DNA of 63,315 nucleotides, filler included, from Malassezia furfur (lineage: Eukaryota): assembly GCA_052055015.1 (NCBI GenBank). It is 53 parts of 53 records of this genome, joined end to end, with 100 filler letters (N's around TTAATTAATTAA, not from the genome) between each part and the next. Parts side by side here need not be neighbours in the genome. Positions count along the whole stretch, not along the records: positions 48,482 to 49,542 come from JBQJIT010001311.1; positions 49,643 to 50,702 come from JBQJIT010001312.1; positions 50,803 to 51,856 come from JBQJIT010001313.1; positions 51,957 to 53,010 come from JBQJIT010001314.1; positions 53,111 to 54,161 come from JBQJIT010001315.1; positions 54,262 to 55,311 come from JBQJIT010001316.1; positions 55,412 to 56,460 come from JBQJIT010001317.1; positions 56,561 to 57,605 come from JBQJIT010001318.1; 45 more parts are not named here. One strand, given 5' to 3'. A program made the position numbers and the translations under genes. Below are positions 48,382-61,137 of this stretch, in pieces; the first letter of the stretch is position 1; every line of letters begins with the position of its first letter. Under the pieces are notes generated by a model that had not been told where the DNA came from, did no database searches, and was given only the letters and a program-made list of their open reading frames with translations.

Positions 48382-48481
48382 NNNNNNNNNNNNNNNNNNN
48401 NNNNNNNNNNNNNNNNNNNNNNNNNTTAATTAATTAANNNNNNNNNNNNNNNNNNNNNNNNNNNNNNNNNNNNNNNNNNNN

Positions 48482-49542
48482 GGCACGCATGCCGCCCCCC
48501 GGCTCGCCGGTGCGTCCGCCGACCATGGGCGCACAGGGGCGCCCGCCGCCGAGCCCTGCGGGTGCGGGTGACAAGGGCTCGTCGATGCTCCAGCGCCCGA
48601 ACGCGCCGGCGCTCACGCCGCTCAACACCGCGGCAGCGGCGACTGCCGAGCGCTCCCAGGGCACGCCCAGGACGGCCGAGAGCATCCAGCCGTCGGTCAC
48701 CTCGCCCGTGCTGGAGCGCTTGTCGAACATGCACACGACGATCCCCACGCCGCTGGGACAGTCGACGGGCGCCGGCGGACCGCTGAGCCCGTCCGGCTCG
48801 GCGCGCGACGGGACGAGCAGCTCGCGTGTGGGCTACTCGACGTTTGCCGGCGGCACGGGCAACGGCCCCGTGCCGTCCGAGTCGGGTGCGCCGGGGACGC
48901 CCACGGCGAACGGCATGCCGCAGTCGCCGTCGGTGGCAACGGGGGACGGCCCGATGCTCGACCACAGCCACCTGCAGCCCGGCGAGACGGTGTCGCTGCT
49001 GAGCCACACCGAGACGCTCGACATGTACCGCCAAAACGCCAAAAAGACCAACGACCCGCAGCTGAACTACCAGCTCGCGGTGTTTATGCTGGACGTGGCG
49101 CACTCGCTCGAAAACGCCCCCGAGAACCCGGACGCCGAGCACGACAACGCGACGGAGCGCGAGGCGCTCATCAAGGAGGCGACGTCGCTGCTCAAGCGGC
49201 TCGCCGACCGCGGGCACTGCGACAGCCAGTACCTGATCGGCGACTGCTGCGCAAACGGCTTCGGGACATCCAAGGGCAAGCAGGACTTTGGGCAGGCGTA
49301 CATCTACTTTACGCTCGCCGCCAAGCACGGCCACCCCGACGCGGCGTACCGCGCAGGCACGTGCTACGAAAAGGGCTGGGGCTGCCGCCGCGACGCGGCC
49401 AAGGCCGTGCAGTTCTACCGCAAGGCCGCCAGCCTGGGGCACCCCGGCGCGCAGTACCGCCTCGGCACCGCGGAGCTCAACGGCGAGCTGGGCCTCAAGC
49501 GCAGCGCGCGCGAGGGCGTCAAGTGGCTCAAGCGCAGCGCCG
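48482..49542 (+). CDS. CHS4: Sel1-repeat chitin synthase activator Chs4/Skt5, fragment
   Basis: LDMYRQNAKK..AAKHGHPDAAYRAGTCYE..FYRKAAS..EGVKWLKRSA. Confidence 0.88.
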
Positions 49543-49642
49543 NNNNNNNNNNNNNNNNNNNNNNNNNNNNNNNNNNNNNNNNNNNNTTAATTAATTAANN
49601 NNNNNNNNNNNNNNNNNNNNNNNNNNNNNNNNNNNNNNNNNN

Positions 49643-50702
49643 TGCGCCGGACGCGCGCGCCGCCCCGTGGGCGGGCGACACTGTGGCCGTTGGCACCTCG
49701 TCCTCGGCACCGGACGCCGCCGAGTCGGCGGACACGTCGGCCCAGTGCGACGTCGAGCTCACGTCGGCGCCAAGTTCGGCACCGGGCACGCGGCGCAGAG
49801 CTGCCGCATCCACGGCGCTCTCCTCGTCGTCGTCCGTGTCGAGGGCCGAGTGCGCTCGTGCTTTGGCCTCGCGCCGCATGCGCCGCGGGCTGGTCTTGCT
49901 CAGCATGATGCGGTCAAGTAGGCTCATGCTCTTCATGCTCGCATTCAAATGCTCGGTTGTGCCCGATGCCGTGCGCACAAACGCACGCGGGCCCCAGCCG
50001 AGCATGCTCGACGAGTCCGACGTCTCCTGCTCACAGAACACGCCCGAGTCGTCGTGCAAGGCCGCGGCCGAGTCCTCGCTCTTGGGCTCGGCATCGCTCG
50101 AGCGCCGCGCCAGCCACAGCTTGCCGCCCGAATCGACGCGCGCCATGCGATTGAGCACGTTGATCTCCGGGCTGACGGGCGGCGACGAGGTGGACGGCGG
50201 TGCGGCGGGCGTATCGTGGGGCGGTGCTGCGTGCGATACGGGCGTGCTCGCGCGCAGAAGCACATCGCCGGGCGGCGGGCGCGTCGGCGTCGCAGGCTCG
50301 CTCGGTGCCGAGCCGGCACGGATGGTGCGCGCGGGCGAGTGCGACACGCCGCGGACGGACGCCGAGTCAGCGGGTGATGCCTCACGCGGCGTGCGCTGGC
50401 GGTCGAGCAGCATCTGCTTCTCGAGCAGCTTGCGCCGCCGCGCGCGCCGCCGACGGCGCTCCTCGGCGCTGCCGACCTCGTCGAGCGTGATACGTGTGCG
50501 CGTTTCGTCGCCGTGGCCGGACATGGGCTGCACGACGGCGGTGAAGAAGCTCAGCTGGCCGCTGGTGGTGCGCAGCCAGCGCGAGAGGGCAGTGGTACTG
50601 CTGCTGCTGCTGGGGGCTGCGCTCGGCGCAGGCGTCGCTGCCGCCGCGCCGCTGCTGCTTCCTGCGTCGGCGGCGCGCGGCGTCGCGCGGTCCTCGACAG
50701 AA
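49643..50702 (-). CDS. S/T/P-rich unknown protein, copy B
   Basis: Overlaps copy A in the LSRWLRTTSGQLSFF..RAGSAP region. Confidence 0.7.
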
Positions 50703-51000
50703 NNNNNNNNNNNNNNNNNNNNNNNNNNNNNNNNNNNNNNNNNNNNTTAATTAATTAANNNNNNNNNNNNNNNNNNNNNNNNNNNNNNNNNNNNNNNNNN
50801 NNGGGGCCCACGGACGAGCCGATGCCGGCGGCCGATGCGGACGCGCGTGCGCCGCCGGATGCGCCGTCGGACGCGCGCGCGGATGCCGCGCCGTGACCTC
50901 GTTCGTTCGTGTGCGCCGTAGCCCGTTTGATTGCAATAGCTACGCCCAGTCTGAGAGAACGCGTCTACAACTACAAGCGGCCAGCCATGCCGATCCACAA

Positions 51001-51432
51001 TTAAAGGTCGTCGAGGTCCTCGTCCTCCTCGTCGCTGACCTCCTGGAACTCGACATCGCCGCCCTCGTCGTCGCCGAGGGTCTCTTCGCTGATCTTGGTG
51101 GTCTCGGGGAGCTCGCCGTACTGCTTCAGCGCACGGGCCTCGTCCGGCGAGTACTTTTGGATGACGTCCGCCTTGCCGTCCTCGAACTCGCGCAAGGACA
51201 GCAGGATGATGTCGCCGTTGTTGATCCACACCTTCTTGCGCAGCTTGCCACGGATATGCGCGAGACGCTTTTCGCCGTCAAAGCACAGCGCCTCGAGACG
51301 CCCGTTGCCGAGCATCTTGACAACCTGGGCGTACTCCTGGCTCTCGTCCTTGAACACAAGCTCGCGCTTGTCGTCGCCGTCGTTCTTTCCGCGCCGGCGG
51401 TTCTTGCCGCCCTTGCCTTTCGCCTTGGGCAT
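51001..51432 (-). CDS. TIF11: Translation initiation factor eIF1A, complete and intronless
   Basis: [42 protein letters not shown]. Confidence 0.98.
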   Translation of the reverse strand: MPKAKGKGGKNRRRGKNDGDDKRELVFKDESQEYAQVVKMLGNGRLEALCFDGEKRLAHIRGKLRKKVWINNGDIILLSLREFEDGKADVIQKYSPDEARALKQYGELPETTKISEETLGDDEGGDVEFQEVSDEEDEDLDDL

Positions 51433-51521
51433 CGTGAGTGGAAAAGAAGGAAGGGCTACCCGCCGCCGCTGCGGCAGTCACGTGCGCCTCACCGCCGGGC
51501 GCCGGCGTCCCCAGCAAGACC

Positions 51522-51856
51522 ATGCACCCTCCCCCGCGAGCGGCCCGCCCGGCGCGGCCCCCGCCGCCGCTGCAGCACCCGATCCCGACGCACCCACGCT
51601 TCCAGGTGCCCGAATCGCCCGTGCGCTCCGACTTCTCCGCGGACGACGGCGCGGCGTACGCCCCGGCGTCACACTACACCCCCCAGGCCGGCGCCGCGGC
51701 GGCCTCGACGCAGCACGCCTACGCGCCCGCGCCCGCCGCACAGCGCGCCCCACCCAAGAAGCGCGAGACGTACACGCGCATCAGCTCGCCGCGCGGCTCG
51801 ACGCCGGTCGCCGGCCACGCCGCGCAGCAGCGCACCGCCCACCCCGGCGCTCCGCA
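51522..51856 (+). CDS. Pro-rich N-terminus of an unknown gene divergent from eIF1A
   Basis: ACCATG start, open to the contig end. Confidence 0.5.
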
Positions 51857-51956
51857 NNNNNNNNNNNNNNNNNNNNNNNNNNNNNNNNNNNNNNNNNNNN
51901 TTAATTAATTAANNNNNNNNNNNNNNNNNNNNNNNNNNNNNNNNNNNNNNNNNNNN

Positions 51957-52442
51957 AGCGTTCGCCTTGTGGTGTGCGTCGGTGCTGGTATAGAGGCAGA
52001 GCTGCGTGTGCTCCATCGCGTCGTCGATCAGCATCTGGTGCACATGCACACAGAAGCGGTAGAACATGGCAATGTTCAGCGGGCCCCAGTCGTTCGAAAA
52101 GCTCAGGTATACGAGGTCCTCGTCGATGCAGAACCAGTGCAGATGCGTCGGGCGCGCGTCGCTCGGCAGGTCCGGGGGGAACGCGGCGTGGCGCAGGCCA
52201 TTGCCCGCGTTCAACGTGGTGGCGTCGGGGAAGCGCTCCTGCGCAAACACCGCAAACCAGAAACGGTTCGACACGGGCGTCAGGCCGTGCACCAGCGCCG
52301 GCGCCTGGGTAGGCACCACCGGCGGCGCAGACAGCACGCGGATGTGCGACGACGACGCTTCCGGCTCGGTATGCGTAAACTCCATGAGGTCCGAGTCGTC
52401 GGGCGTGTACGGCACCGTGGTCTCGGTCGCCGTGGTGGCCAT
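51957..52442 (-). CDS. CDC14: Cdc14 phosphatase, N-terminal domain
   Basis: FCIDEDLVYLSF..DWGPLNIAMFYRFC..KANA. Confidence 0.85.
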
Positions 52443-53110
52443 GGTGGCGAGCGTCCGCCTGCACCAGGGGGTATCAACTCGCAGACCAACACCCCGTCGC
52501 GTCGCCTTCTAAGTCACGTGGATGTAAACTCCACGGGGGGAGTGGGTTGGCGCGTTGGGGGGAGTGGCGATCGCGTGCGTAGACATTCAATGCAACATAA
52601 CCACGCGCATGGAAGGCTCGCGCCGACGTGTCACACCGCCTGCCACCGTGGAGGGCCGTGCGTTGGGGGGCCCATGGACGTGTAGGGGCAGGGGCCGGGA
52701 ACGCGATCCGCCCTTGCCTCGCCCCCAACGCATGCGGCGCCCGTCCCGCGCGAGTCCCGACGAGGTGTACGCGGTATACCGTGCTGTAGCTACGTAGATC
52801 CACGGGCGATCGCCACGCCCCGCTGCCGGTCGCACGGACGCGCAACAGCGTCGGCAATGGTGCTTGGCGTTCTACGCGCCTCCACACTCCACCCGCGACG
52901 CGTTATGCCGCCGGCCGCCTCGGGGTGGATCCGCGCGCAGGCGACGCCGCGTGCGGGCCCCAGCGCACGCCCAAGCCCCGCCGAGGACACGGGCCCTCGG
53001 CGCGAGCGTGNNNNNNNNNNNNNNNNNNNNNNNNNNNNNNNNNNNNNNNNNNNNTTAATTAATTAANNNNNNNNNNNNNNNNNNNNNNNNNNNNNNNNNN
53101 NNNNNNNNNN

Positions 53111-54161
53111 CGCGCGCGGGTCGCCGGCCGCGTGGCGCGCCGAGCTGCTCGCGACGCCCGACGGGCTGGCGCTGCGCATGCACCATGCGCGTGTCGTCGA
53201 TGCCGAGTCGTACGTGCGCGTGCAGTGTGGTGTGGAGCGGGCGGCGGCGGGCGACGGCGTGCGTGTGAACGGCGCGGTGGTGCCGGTGGCGGACGGCGTG
53301 CCGAGTGCGCCGCTGGAGCGTGTGCCGCGGCTGTTTGCGCGGCTGCTCGACGGGCGCGCGGCCGAGGTGCAGGCGGAGGAGCGCGCCGCGGAGCGCGCCA
53401 CGGAGCGCCCCGAGCCGGCCGCGAGCCCCGCGCCGGTGCGTGCGTCGCCGCTGGCGGCGCTCGTGCGGCGCAACTACATCTACTTTACGTCGCTGCTGCA
53501 GGAGCCCGAGGCGAAGTGGACGCGCGTCGCGGACGCGCGCGGTGTCACGGTGACGCAGCTCGACTCGATCGACGCGACGCTGGTCGTGTACCGCGCGGAG
53601 GCGACGTTTGTGGGCGTGGGCGTGTGGGACTTTTTCAGCACGCTGCGGCATGCGTCGCTCGCGCGCCGCTGGGACGCGCAGGCGGGCGACGTGCGCCTGG
53701 TGGCGGACGTCGGCGCGCAGAGCAGCGTGTGGCACGCGACGACGCGTGCGTCCTGGACGACGTATGCGCGCGATGCGGTGCTCGTCGAGACCGCGTACAC
53801 CGCGCCGGCATCGGTGCACCTCTTTGCGTTCTCCACGGACGCGGCGGCGGTGCCCGGCGTGGCGCTGCCCGAGGTGCCGAGCGGCGCGATCCGGACGCAG
53901 GTGGACCTGCGCGGGTGGAGCATCGAGGCGCTGTCGCCGACCACGGTGCACGTCACGCTCATTGAGCAGAGCGACCCCGGCGGGTGGCTGAGCAAGACGT
54001 CGCTGCCCGCCGCGATGATCCAGACGATGGCGGGCGTCGGCGAATATACCATCCACCACGGCGGCCCGCCGATCGCGACGCGCCTGCTGCACGCGCGCGC
54101 CGTGGCGAGTGCGTACGACGACGAGCAGAGCACGTACACGCTCGCGTACGTGCCCGCGCGC
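53111..54161 (+). CDS. START lipid-transfer domain protein, fragment
   Basis: EAKW..RGVTV..VYRAEATF..WD..RDAVL..GWSIE..SDPGGW. Confidence 0.82.
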
Positions 54162-54261
54162 NNNNNNNNNNNNNNNNNNNNNNNNNNNNNNNNNNNNNNN
54201 NNNNNTTAATTAATTAANNNNNNNNNNNNNNNNNNNNNNNNNNNNNNNNNNNNNNNNNNNN

Positions 54262-54625
54262 GGGTGCCGCGCCTCCATGCGCGGGCGGTCGGTCACCTGC
54301 AGCACCAGGCCGAGGGTGACCATGAAGAGCAGCACGCCGCCGACCGCCGCACAGAACGCGATCGCGCGCTGCCACGGCATGCCCGAGGCCTCGATGTCGT
54401 GGTTGTCCTTGCTGCGGCGCACGAGGCGATGCGCGGGCGCCGCGAGCGCCGCGGGCACACCACTTGTGCCGCGCTCGGCGTCGCGCACGCCGACGGCGGC
54501 GGCCGCCGCGACGCCGGCGGCACACACGGCCGCCAACACCCAGCGTGCCTGCAACGGTCAGTATCCGCGGCGCACACACGCGCGCTACTACGTACCGTGA
54601 AGGGCACCGTCACTCGACGGGACAT
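54262..54625 (-). CDS. Membrane protein N-terminus (signal peptide plus TM); intron 54549-54595
   Basis: MSRRVTVPFT|ARWVLAAVC..LVRR..hydrophobic TM. Confidence 0.55.
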
Positions 54626-54943
54626 GCTATTGCGGTCCGAGACAAAAGGGACGCAAAGTTGCGGAAGAAGGTACGGCGCGGCTCGCGCCCGTTGGCGATC
54701 GCGACACCCGCCAATCGCAGGCGCGCACCAAGCGCGCGCTGCACCCGCCATCGCGCCATGCGCGCTTGCAGATTCTACGGACCCCTGCCCAGACACTGAC
54801 CGCCGCCCGCGTGCCAGGGCACGGCCAGCGGCCCCACGCTTACTTCAGCGCACGCGCCGAGCGCACTGCGCACGCTGCAATTTGGCCGCGGGTCGCGTGT
54901 GCTGACTCAGCATGACCCCAGTGCAGCCGCGCACGCCCCCTGC

Positions 54944-55311
54944 TTACATGTACGTCACCTGGGTGCCCCTGGGTCAGTGCGGCGCGTGTCCCACGTACAT
55001 GCGAAGCGTCTCGACGACGCGCTGCCACGCGACGCGTGCCCACGCCGCGGGCGCGCGCGCGCGCGCCGCACGCAGCAGCACGACGGCCAGTATGGCCGCC
55101 AAGAGCCACGCGGCGCTGCGGCGCATCCCACCGAACCATAGATGGCGCACATAGGCACTCGGAAGCGAGCCCCGGACCGCCGCGGGGCCCGCCGGCTCAC
55201 TCGGCCGCCGCGCAAGGTACGCTTGCATGCGCGCGCGCTGTGCCGCGTGTGTGTCGTCCGACGCGGGCGCATCGGCCGTGCGCGCCAAAGGCTCAGCAGC
55301 CGCCGCTGCGC
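54944..55311 (-). CDS. Tail-anchored peroxin Pex26-like, C-terminus; intron 54969-54998
   Basis: TM then WQRVVETLRM|GTQVTYM*. Confidence 0.65.
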
Positions 55312-55411
55312 NNNNNNNNNNNNNNNNNNNNNNNNNNNNNNNNNNNNNNNNNNNNTTAATTAATTAANNNNNNNNNNNNNNNNNNNNNNNNNNNNNNNNN
55401 NNNNNNNNNNN

Positions 55412-56460
55412 CTCGATCGCGACCACGCCGACGTCCGACGGCGGCGCGGCGTCGGCGGCGCGCGTCGAGCGGCGGCCGAGCCTCGAGGAGCGCATCGAGC
55501 GCGCACACTATGGGCCGGCGTCCACGGCGTCGCCCGGCGCGTCGCCGAGCGCCGCGCGCGCGCCGCTGCCCGACGCAAGCGTGGTACGCAGCGGGAGCAC
55601 GAGCGCACGCAGCGTGCGCCTCGGCGCCGACACGCCCGACGCGTCCGCGGATGCACTGCACGCCGCCGACGACGTCGCGGCGCAGATCGAGGAGATGCTC
55701 ACGCGCTCGCTGCCCGCGCCCGCGGCGGCGCCCGCTGGTGCCACCGTGCACGGCATGACGCCGCACACGGAGCGCGCGTGGCACGAGTCGCCCGACACGC
55801 CCGGCGCACACAGCGCCACCTGGGACGACCCGGGGCCGCACACGCCCGTGCGCGGCTGGGCGGACCTCGCGGGGTCACGTGGCCTGCTCGAGGGCCTGCG
55901 CCTCGACGAGGTGACGTGGGACGAGCGCGGGGACGCGCCGGGCAGCCCCGCGTCGCTGTATTCGCAGGTGTCGTCGGGGCGCGGCGCGCATGCGGCGGGC
56001 GCGGTCGGCACGTCGGGCGCGTCGGGCGCGTCGAGCGAATCGGCGTCCGAGGAGCACTGGTGGCCGGTCGACGACGCGCCGAGCGACGCGCCGAGCGATG
56101 CGCCGCCGAGCGGGGCGCCGCCGAGCGGGGCACCACCGAGCGACGCGCCACCGAGCGGGGCGCTGCCAAGCGACGCGCCACCGAGCGATGCGCCCCCCAG
56201 CGACGCGCCCCCCAGCGACGCGCCCGATGCACCGCTGAGCGACGCGCCGCCGACCGACGCCCCGTTGAGCGACGCGCCGTTGAGCGACGTCGCCCCGAGC
56301 GACGTGCCGGACGACGCGCCGTCGCTCTACGTACCGCACACGCCGACCACGCGCGTCCAGCGGCGGCGGTCGCTCGGGCGCATCCTCGAGCCGCTCAACG
56401 TCAAGGCGCTCGCGCCCGCCGCGGCGGGCGGCGCGCGTGCCGGCGACGACGACAGCAAGG
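55412..56460 (+). CDS. Low-complexity protein fragment with SDAPP repeats
   Basis: Long open frame ending in ILEPLNV. Confidence 0.6.
56073..56323 (+). repeat. Mostly 15-bp coding minisatellite (S[DG]AP[PL])
   Basis: About 16 degenerate units. Confidence 0.85.
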
Positions 56461-56560
56461 NNNNNNNNNNNNNNNNNNNNNNNNNNNNNNNNNNNNNNNN
56501 NNNNTTAATTAATTAANNNNNNNNNNNNNNNNNNNNNNNNNNNNNNNNNNNNNNNNNNNN

Positions 56561-57605
56561 GCCGGTCGACGGCGCCCTTGCCGGTGTCGACGCGCGGCAC
56601 CTCTCCGGCCGGCTCGGCGTCCGTCGCACGCGCGCTGCGGACGGGCGGGATGTGCGCCGCAGGCACCGGCACGCTCCGTGCCTCGGCAGGCACGCTCGTC
56701 GTCAGCGGCGACACAGTCGTCGGGAGCAGGTCGAGCGGCGTGGCCAGCACCGCCGCGCGGGGGTAGCCGTCGGTCGCCAGCCGCTCGAGCGCCGCGACCT
56801 TGTGCTCAAAGCCCTCGTCCGAGAGGTACGCATACGCCTCTGGCACATCGCGCATGTCCACAGGCGCATCCAGGCCCGTGAATGCCGTACGCTGTGCGCC
56901 GTACGCACGCACGGCGTCCACGAGCGCATCGAGCTCGGCTTTGGGCGCTTCCTGCTCGCCCTGCAGCAGGTCGAGGCCCGCGCGGCACAGCGTCTCGATG
57001 ATGGCGACCGCCGCGGCATCCGCAGCGGGGCGCGGGAGCGCCGGCAGGTCGTCGGCGAGCGCGCGCAGGGCGCCACGTACCGACGACGCCGGCACAAGGT
57101 GGAGCGGCAGCAGCGTCGCGAAGAAAGCCAGCTGGGTGAGCGGCGGCACGTACCGTGAGGCGCAGATTGCGCCACGCATGCGCCGCGACGTAGTCCTCGT
57201 ACGCGTGCACGAGGTCCTGTAGAATACGCATGCCAAGCGTGGCGGTGCCCTCGGGTGTGCCCGGCGCCAGGGCCAAGTGGCCGAGGAGCGCGGCGGTGAG
57301 CGGCAGCTTGTGCGGCTGCTCGGTGACCATCACGCGGAACGCGGTAAAGATGGCATCGGGCAACTCGACGGCCTGCCCCTCGAGCCACGCAGCGGCGCGC
57401 GGCAGCTCGTGCGCGGGCTCGAAGCGGTCGACTTCGCCGAGCTGGTACAGCGACTGCTGGATCTGCCGGATGGCCGACTCGCGGTGCCAGCGCGCCTGCT
57501 CCTCGGGGGTCGGGGTGTAGGCTGGCGCACTGAAGTTGCGCCCGCCGTAGGGGTGCGCGCGCGGGCCGCGGCCGCGGCCGCGGCGCCGACGTCCGCCCTC
57601 CGGGG
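56561..57605 (-). CDS. STO1: Nuclear cap-binding protein CBP80 (Sto1/Cbc1), fragment; intron 57132-57153
   Basis: AFRVMVTEQPHKLP..AAL..WRNLRLT|LAFFATL MIF4G region. Confidence 0.8.
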
Positions 57606-58221
57606 NNNNNNNNNNNNNNNNNNNNNNNNNNNNNNNNNNNNNNNNNNNNTTAATTAATTAANNNNNNNNNNNNNNNNNNNNNNNNNNNNNNNNNNNNNNN
57701 NNNNNGCCGAGAAGGGCGCCGCGGCGCCCTTCTCGGCCGTGCCTGACTTGCTTGCTTCGGCGCCAGCAGAGCCAGGACGACCTTCCATGCTCTTGGAGTG
57801 TGGCAGAGGCAATGCACGTAACGAATCCGCGCGCTCGGCTTCGGATGCGGCACCAACAACGACGCACCACCGGCCTTCGCTCGTCGCGGGAGACGTTTCG
57901 AGCGCGCCCGGCCGGCTTACGCGATGTTTGGCAGAAAAGTGGATTTGTCACGCTGACGCCGCTATCGGGCGAGTGGAGGCGGCCGCGCACCGCACCGGCC
58001 GCATGCACCACGTGCGCGTGCAGGGGGGTGCGTGCGTGCATCGGGGGTCGCCGCGATCAGTGGAGCGCGACGCAGGTGCCGCCGCGTTCCCAAAAAAAAA
58101 AAAGGGAAAACCCCGCGTGCGGCCCAGCGCGCGGGGTAGTGGGGTGCGTGGATTTCGCGAGCGGCAGAAAAGGGACCACCAGCGCTGCGGCCCGGCGCCC
58201 GGTCCTTCCGTCGGTGCGACC

Positions 58222-58750
58222 ATGTACGTCTGCGCGATCTGGATTGCGGCGCTCGTCCTGGGCCTCGTCCTGGGCGCGGCGCCGGCGTCGTGTGCGGACG
58301 CGGCGCCCGCCGAGGCGCTGCACGCGCACGGCTGGGCGCGCCGCGCGGTGAGCGAGGCCGATACGCCCGTGCGCGTCTTTCTGGGCGTGGCGCTCAACAC
58401 CACGCGCATCGAGCAGGAGATTGCGGTGGTGAGCGACCCGTGCAGCGACCGGTACGCGCAGTACCTCGACGCGAATGCGACGCTGCAGCTGCTCGCGCGC
58501 ACGCCGAGTCACGCGCACGTCGAGCGGTGGCTCGCCGAGCGTGCGGTGCCGTACGAGGCCGCGCACGGCCTGTACGCGCTGGACCTCGATGCGGCGCGTG
58601 CGAGCCAGCTGTTCCGTACCACCTATCATACGTACGAGCACCGCGACGGGCGGCGTGCGGTGCATGCGCCCGCGCACGAGGTGCCCGCCGAGCTGCGTGG
58701 CCACGCCGAGGTGTTTGGCCCGGGCGTCGGCCGCGGGCGCGCGCAGGGCC
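58222..58750 (+). CDS. Secreted S53 protease (sedolisin/TPP1-like), signal peptide plus propeptide
   Basis: Signal peptide, VSDPCSDRYAQYL, VERWL, ASQLFRTTYHTYEH. Confidence 0.8.
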
Positions 58751-58963
58751 NNNNNNNNNNNNNNNNNNNNNNNNNNNNNNNNNNNNNNNNNNNNTTAATT
58801 AATTAANNNNNNNNNNNNNNNNNNNNNNNNNNNNNNNNNNNNNNNNNNNNGCCGGTGGAGGGGGGAGGGTGGGGGAGTGGGTGGGGGAAGCGCGCCTTCC
58901 AGGGCGATTGGGCGCACCGGTGGAGGCGCCGCCGGCGTGCGTCCTTTTTGTTTTTTTCTCGCA

Positions 58964-59894
58964 ATGGCGCCGGGCACGAAGCGCAAGGCCGCGCGGCATG
59001 CCGACTTCAAAAAGACGCGGCAGAAGCTCGGCACCGGGAAGCAGGCCGCCTCGAATGCGACCGATACCTCGTTCCAGACCAAGACGATCGCGCTCCCGCA
59101 GCAGTCCGTGAGCGTCGACCGCTCGCAGCAGCTCACGACGCGGCGCAACCAGACGCTCGCGGACCTCGCGCAGCACGCGCGGCACCCGTCCGCACACATG
59201 CGCAAGGACGCGGTCGGCGGCATGCTCGAGCTGGTCACGACGTATCCCGGGCTCGCCGCGCACGAGACACGCACGCTGCTGCACCCCCTGCTGCCGCTGC
59301 TCGCCGACGACGACGCGAGCGTGCGCCGCGCGCTCACGGCGTATCTCGGCACGCTGCTCGAGCAGCTGACGCCCGCCCAGCTCGCGCCGCACGTCGGCAC
59401 GCTCCTGCTGTTTACGACGTCCGCCATGTCCCACATCGCCATGCCCGTGCGCCTCGATGCGCTGCTCGTGCTCGATGCGCTGCTCGCGCACGCGGCGCCC
59501 GCCGTCACGGACGGGTGGCAGGCCGCGCTCGACGACGACGCACGCGCGCGCGACGCACACGGCCAGCGCGTGCTGCAGGCGTTCTTTGCGATGCTCGGCG
59601 TGGCGACCGACGCCGCGAGCGTGCGGCAGGGCGCGCCGGCCGCGCGCCTCGGCACGACCGCCTCGGTCGAGCTGCAGCCCGGCGGCCGGCTGCGTGTGCT
59701 GCGCACGCTCGCGCACTTTTTGCGCGCCGCGACGCACACCGAGGACGCGGCGCAGCTGCCGCTGTGTTGCTTTGCGCCCGCGCTTGCGTCCGCGAGCGAG
59801 CGCGAGCTGCTCGCGCAGCTGCTCGCCGCGCCGGCGCCCGCAGCGGACGCACCCGACGTGCCATGGGTCGAGCGCGCGCACGTCGATCTCGGCG
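58964..59894 (+). CDS. IPI1: Pre-rRNA processing protein Ipi1/TEX10
   Basis: DFKK..KLG..NATDTSF..I.LPQQS..SAMSHI..VRLDAL. Confidence 0.9.
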
Positions 59895-59994
59895 NNNNNN
59901 NNNNNNNNNNNNNNNNNNNNNNNNNNNNNNNNNNNNNNTTAATTAATTAANNNNNNNNNNNNNNNNNNNNNNNNNNNNNNNNNNNNNNNNNNNN

Positions 59995-61037
59995 GCGCCG
60001 CCGGCGCCGCCTTTTCATCCGCCGCGCCCCTCCGCGGCACCCGCTTCGGCTTCATCGACGGCACGGGCATCGGCACGTCCACGAGCGCCGCATGGTTGCT
60101 CGCGTCGATCGATGCTGCACGCGATGCGCCTTGGACGTACGGCAGGCGCGCGTACGACTGGACGTCGCCGCGCGTCGTCGGTATGCCCCGCACACGCTCC
60201 GCGTCGCCCGGCACGAGAAAGATGGGCGCGACACGGCGTGGGCGGCGTGCGGTGCCCGTGGGACGCTCGTCGTCGGACGCGTCCGACTCGGAGGGCGAGG
60301 CGGCGCGCGGCGCCCTGCGTCGTGCACTCGGCGCCGCGACGGCGCGCAGCGTGCCGCCTGGTGCGCCGGGCGCTGCACCCTGCGGCGTCCTTGCCGGGGC
60401 GCTGGACGCCTGCACGCGCCACATCCATGCGCCGTCCTCTTTGGGCGGCGCGCGGCGCGCCTGTGCATCGCGGCGGCGGCCACGCGCGTTGCGCTGCCCA
60501 AACCCCCGCGCGCCGCTCGTGCGTGTCAGCATGCGGTCGACCGCATCGGCTTCGCGCACGGGCGGCGACGCGGCGCGGCGCGGCTCGCACCACCACCGCA
60601 CGTCGCCGTCCTCGAGCGGGGGCGACGGCGTGGGCGGCGCCGAGTCGGACGCCGAGTCGACGTCGCTCAGGAGCGGCGCATGCGCATCTATAGGAGCGCC
60701 CGTGCGCCGACGCGACTCGCCGGGGCGCAGCGGCGACGCCGGCGACGACGCACGCACCGACGCAGCTCGCGGGGGCGACGCGGGCGACGACGACGATGAT
60801 GACGATGCGTCCGAGTCGTCCGCGTGGCCATGCCGCATCGCACGTAGGTCGTCGATGCACGCACGCGCCATATGCGCCGGCATCATGCGTTTGAGGATGC
60901 GGAAGCGCCGCTCGTAGTCGGTGCTGTCGTCCGACGACGGCGTGGGTGGCCGGCCGGGGGGCTCGGGTGCTCGGCCGTCTTCCGATTGCGGGGGCGCCGA
61001 TCCACGCGCCTGCCTCGGCCGCGCCTCGGGGGGGTGG
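59995..61037 (-). CDS. Possible Mus7/Mms22 N-terminal region, fragment
   Basis: ILKRMMPAHM and DAVDRML motifs in a disordered frame. Confidence 0.4.
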
Positions 61038-61137
61038 NNNNNNNNNNNNNNNNNNNNNNNNNNNNNNNNNNNNNNNNNNNNTTAATTAATTAANNNNNNN
61101 NNNNNNNNNNNNNNNNNNNNNNNNNNNNNNNNNNNNN

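Noticed and set aside
57706..57737. Perfect 32-bp palindrome as a terminator or TIR
   Set aside because: It begins exactly at the contig edge, like the other fold-back artifacts
58091..58103. Poly-A run as a retrocopy tail
   Set aside because: No target-site duplication or processed gene; it is an ordinary promoter A-tract
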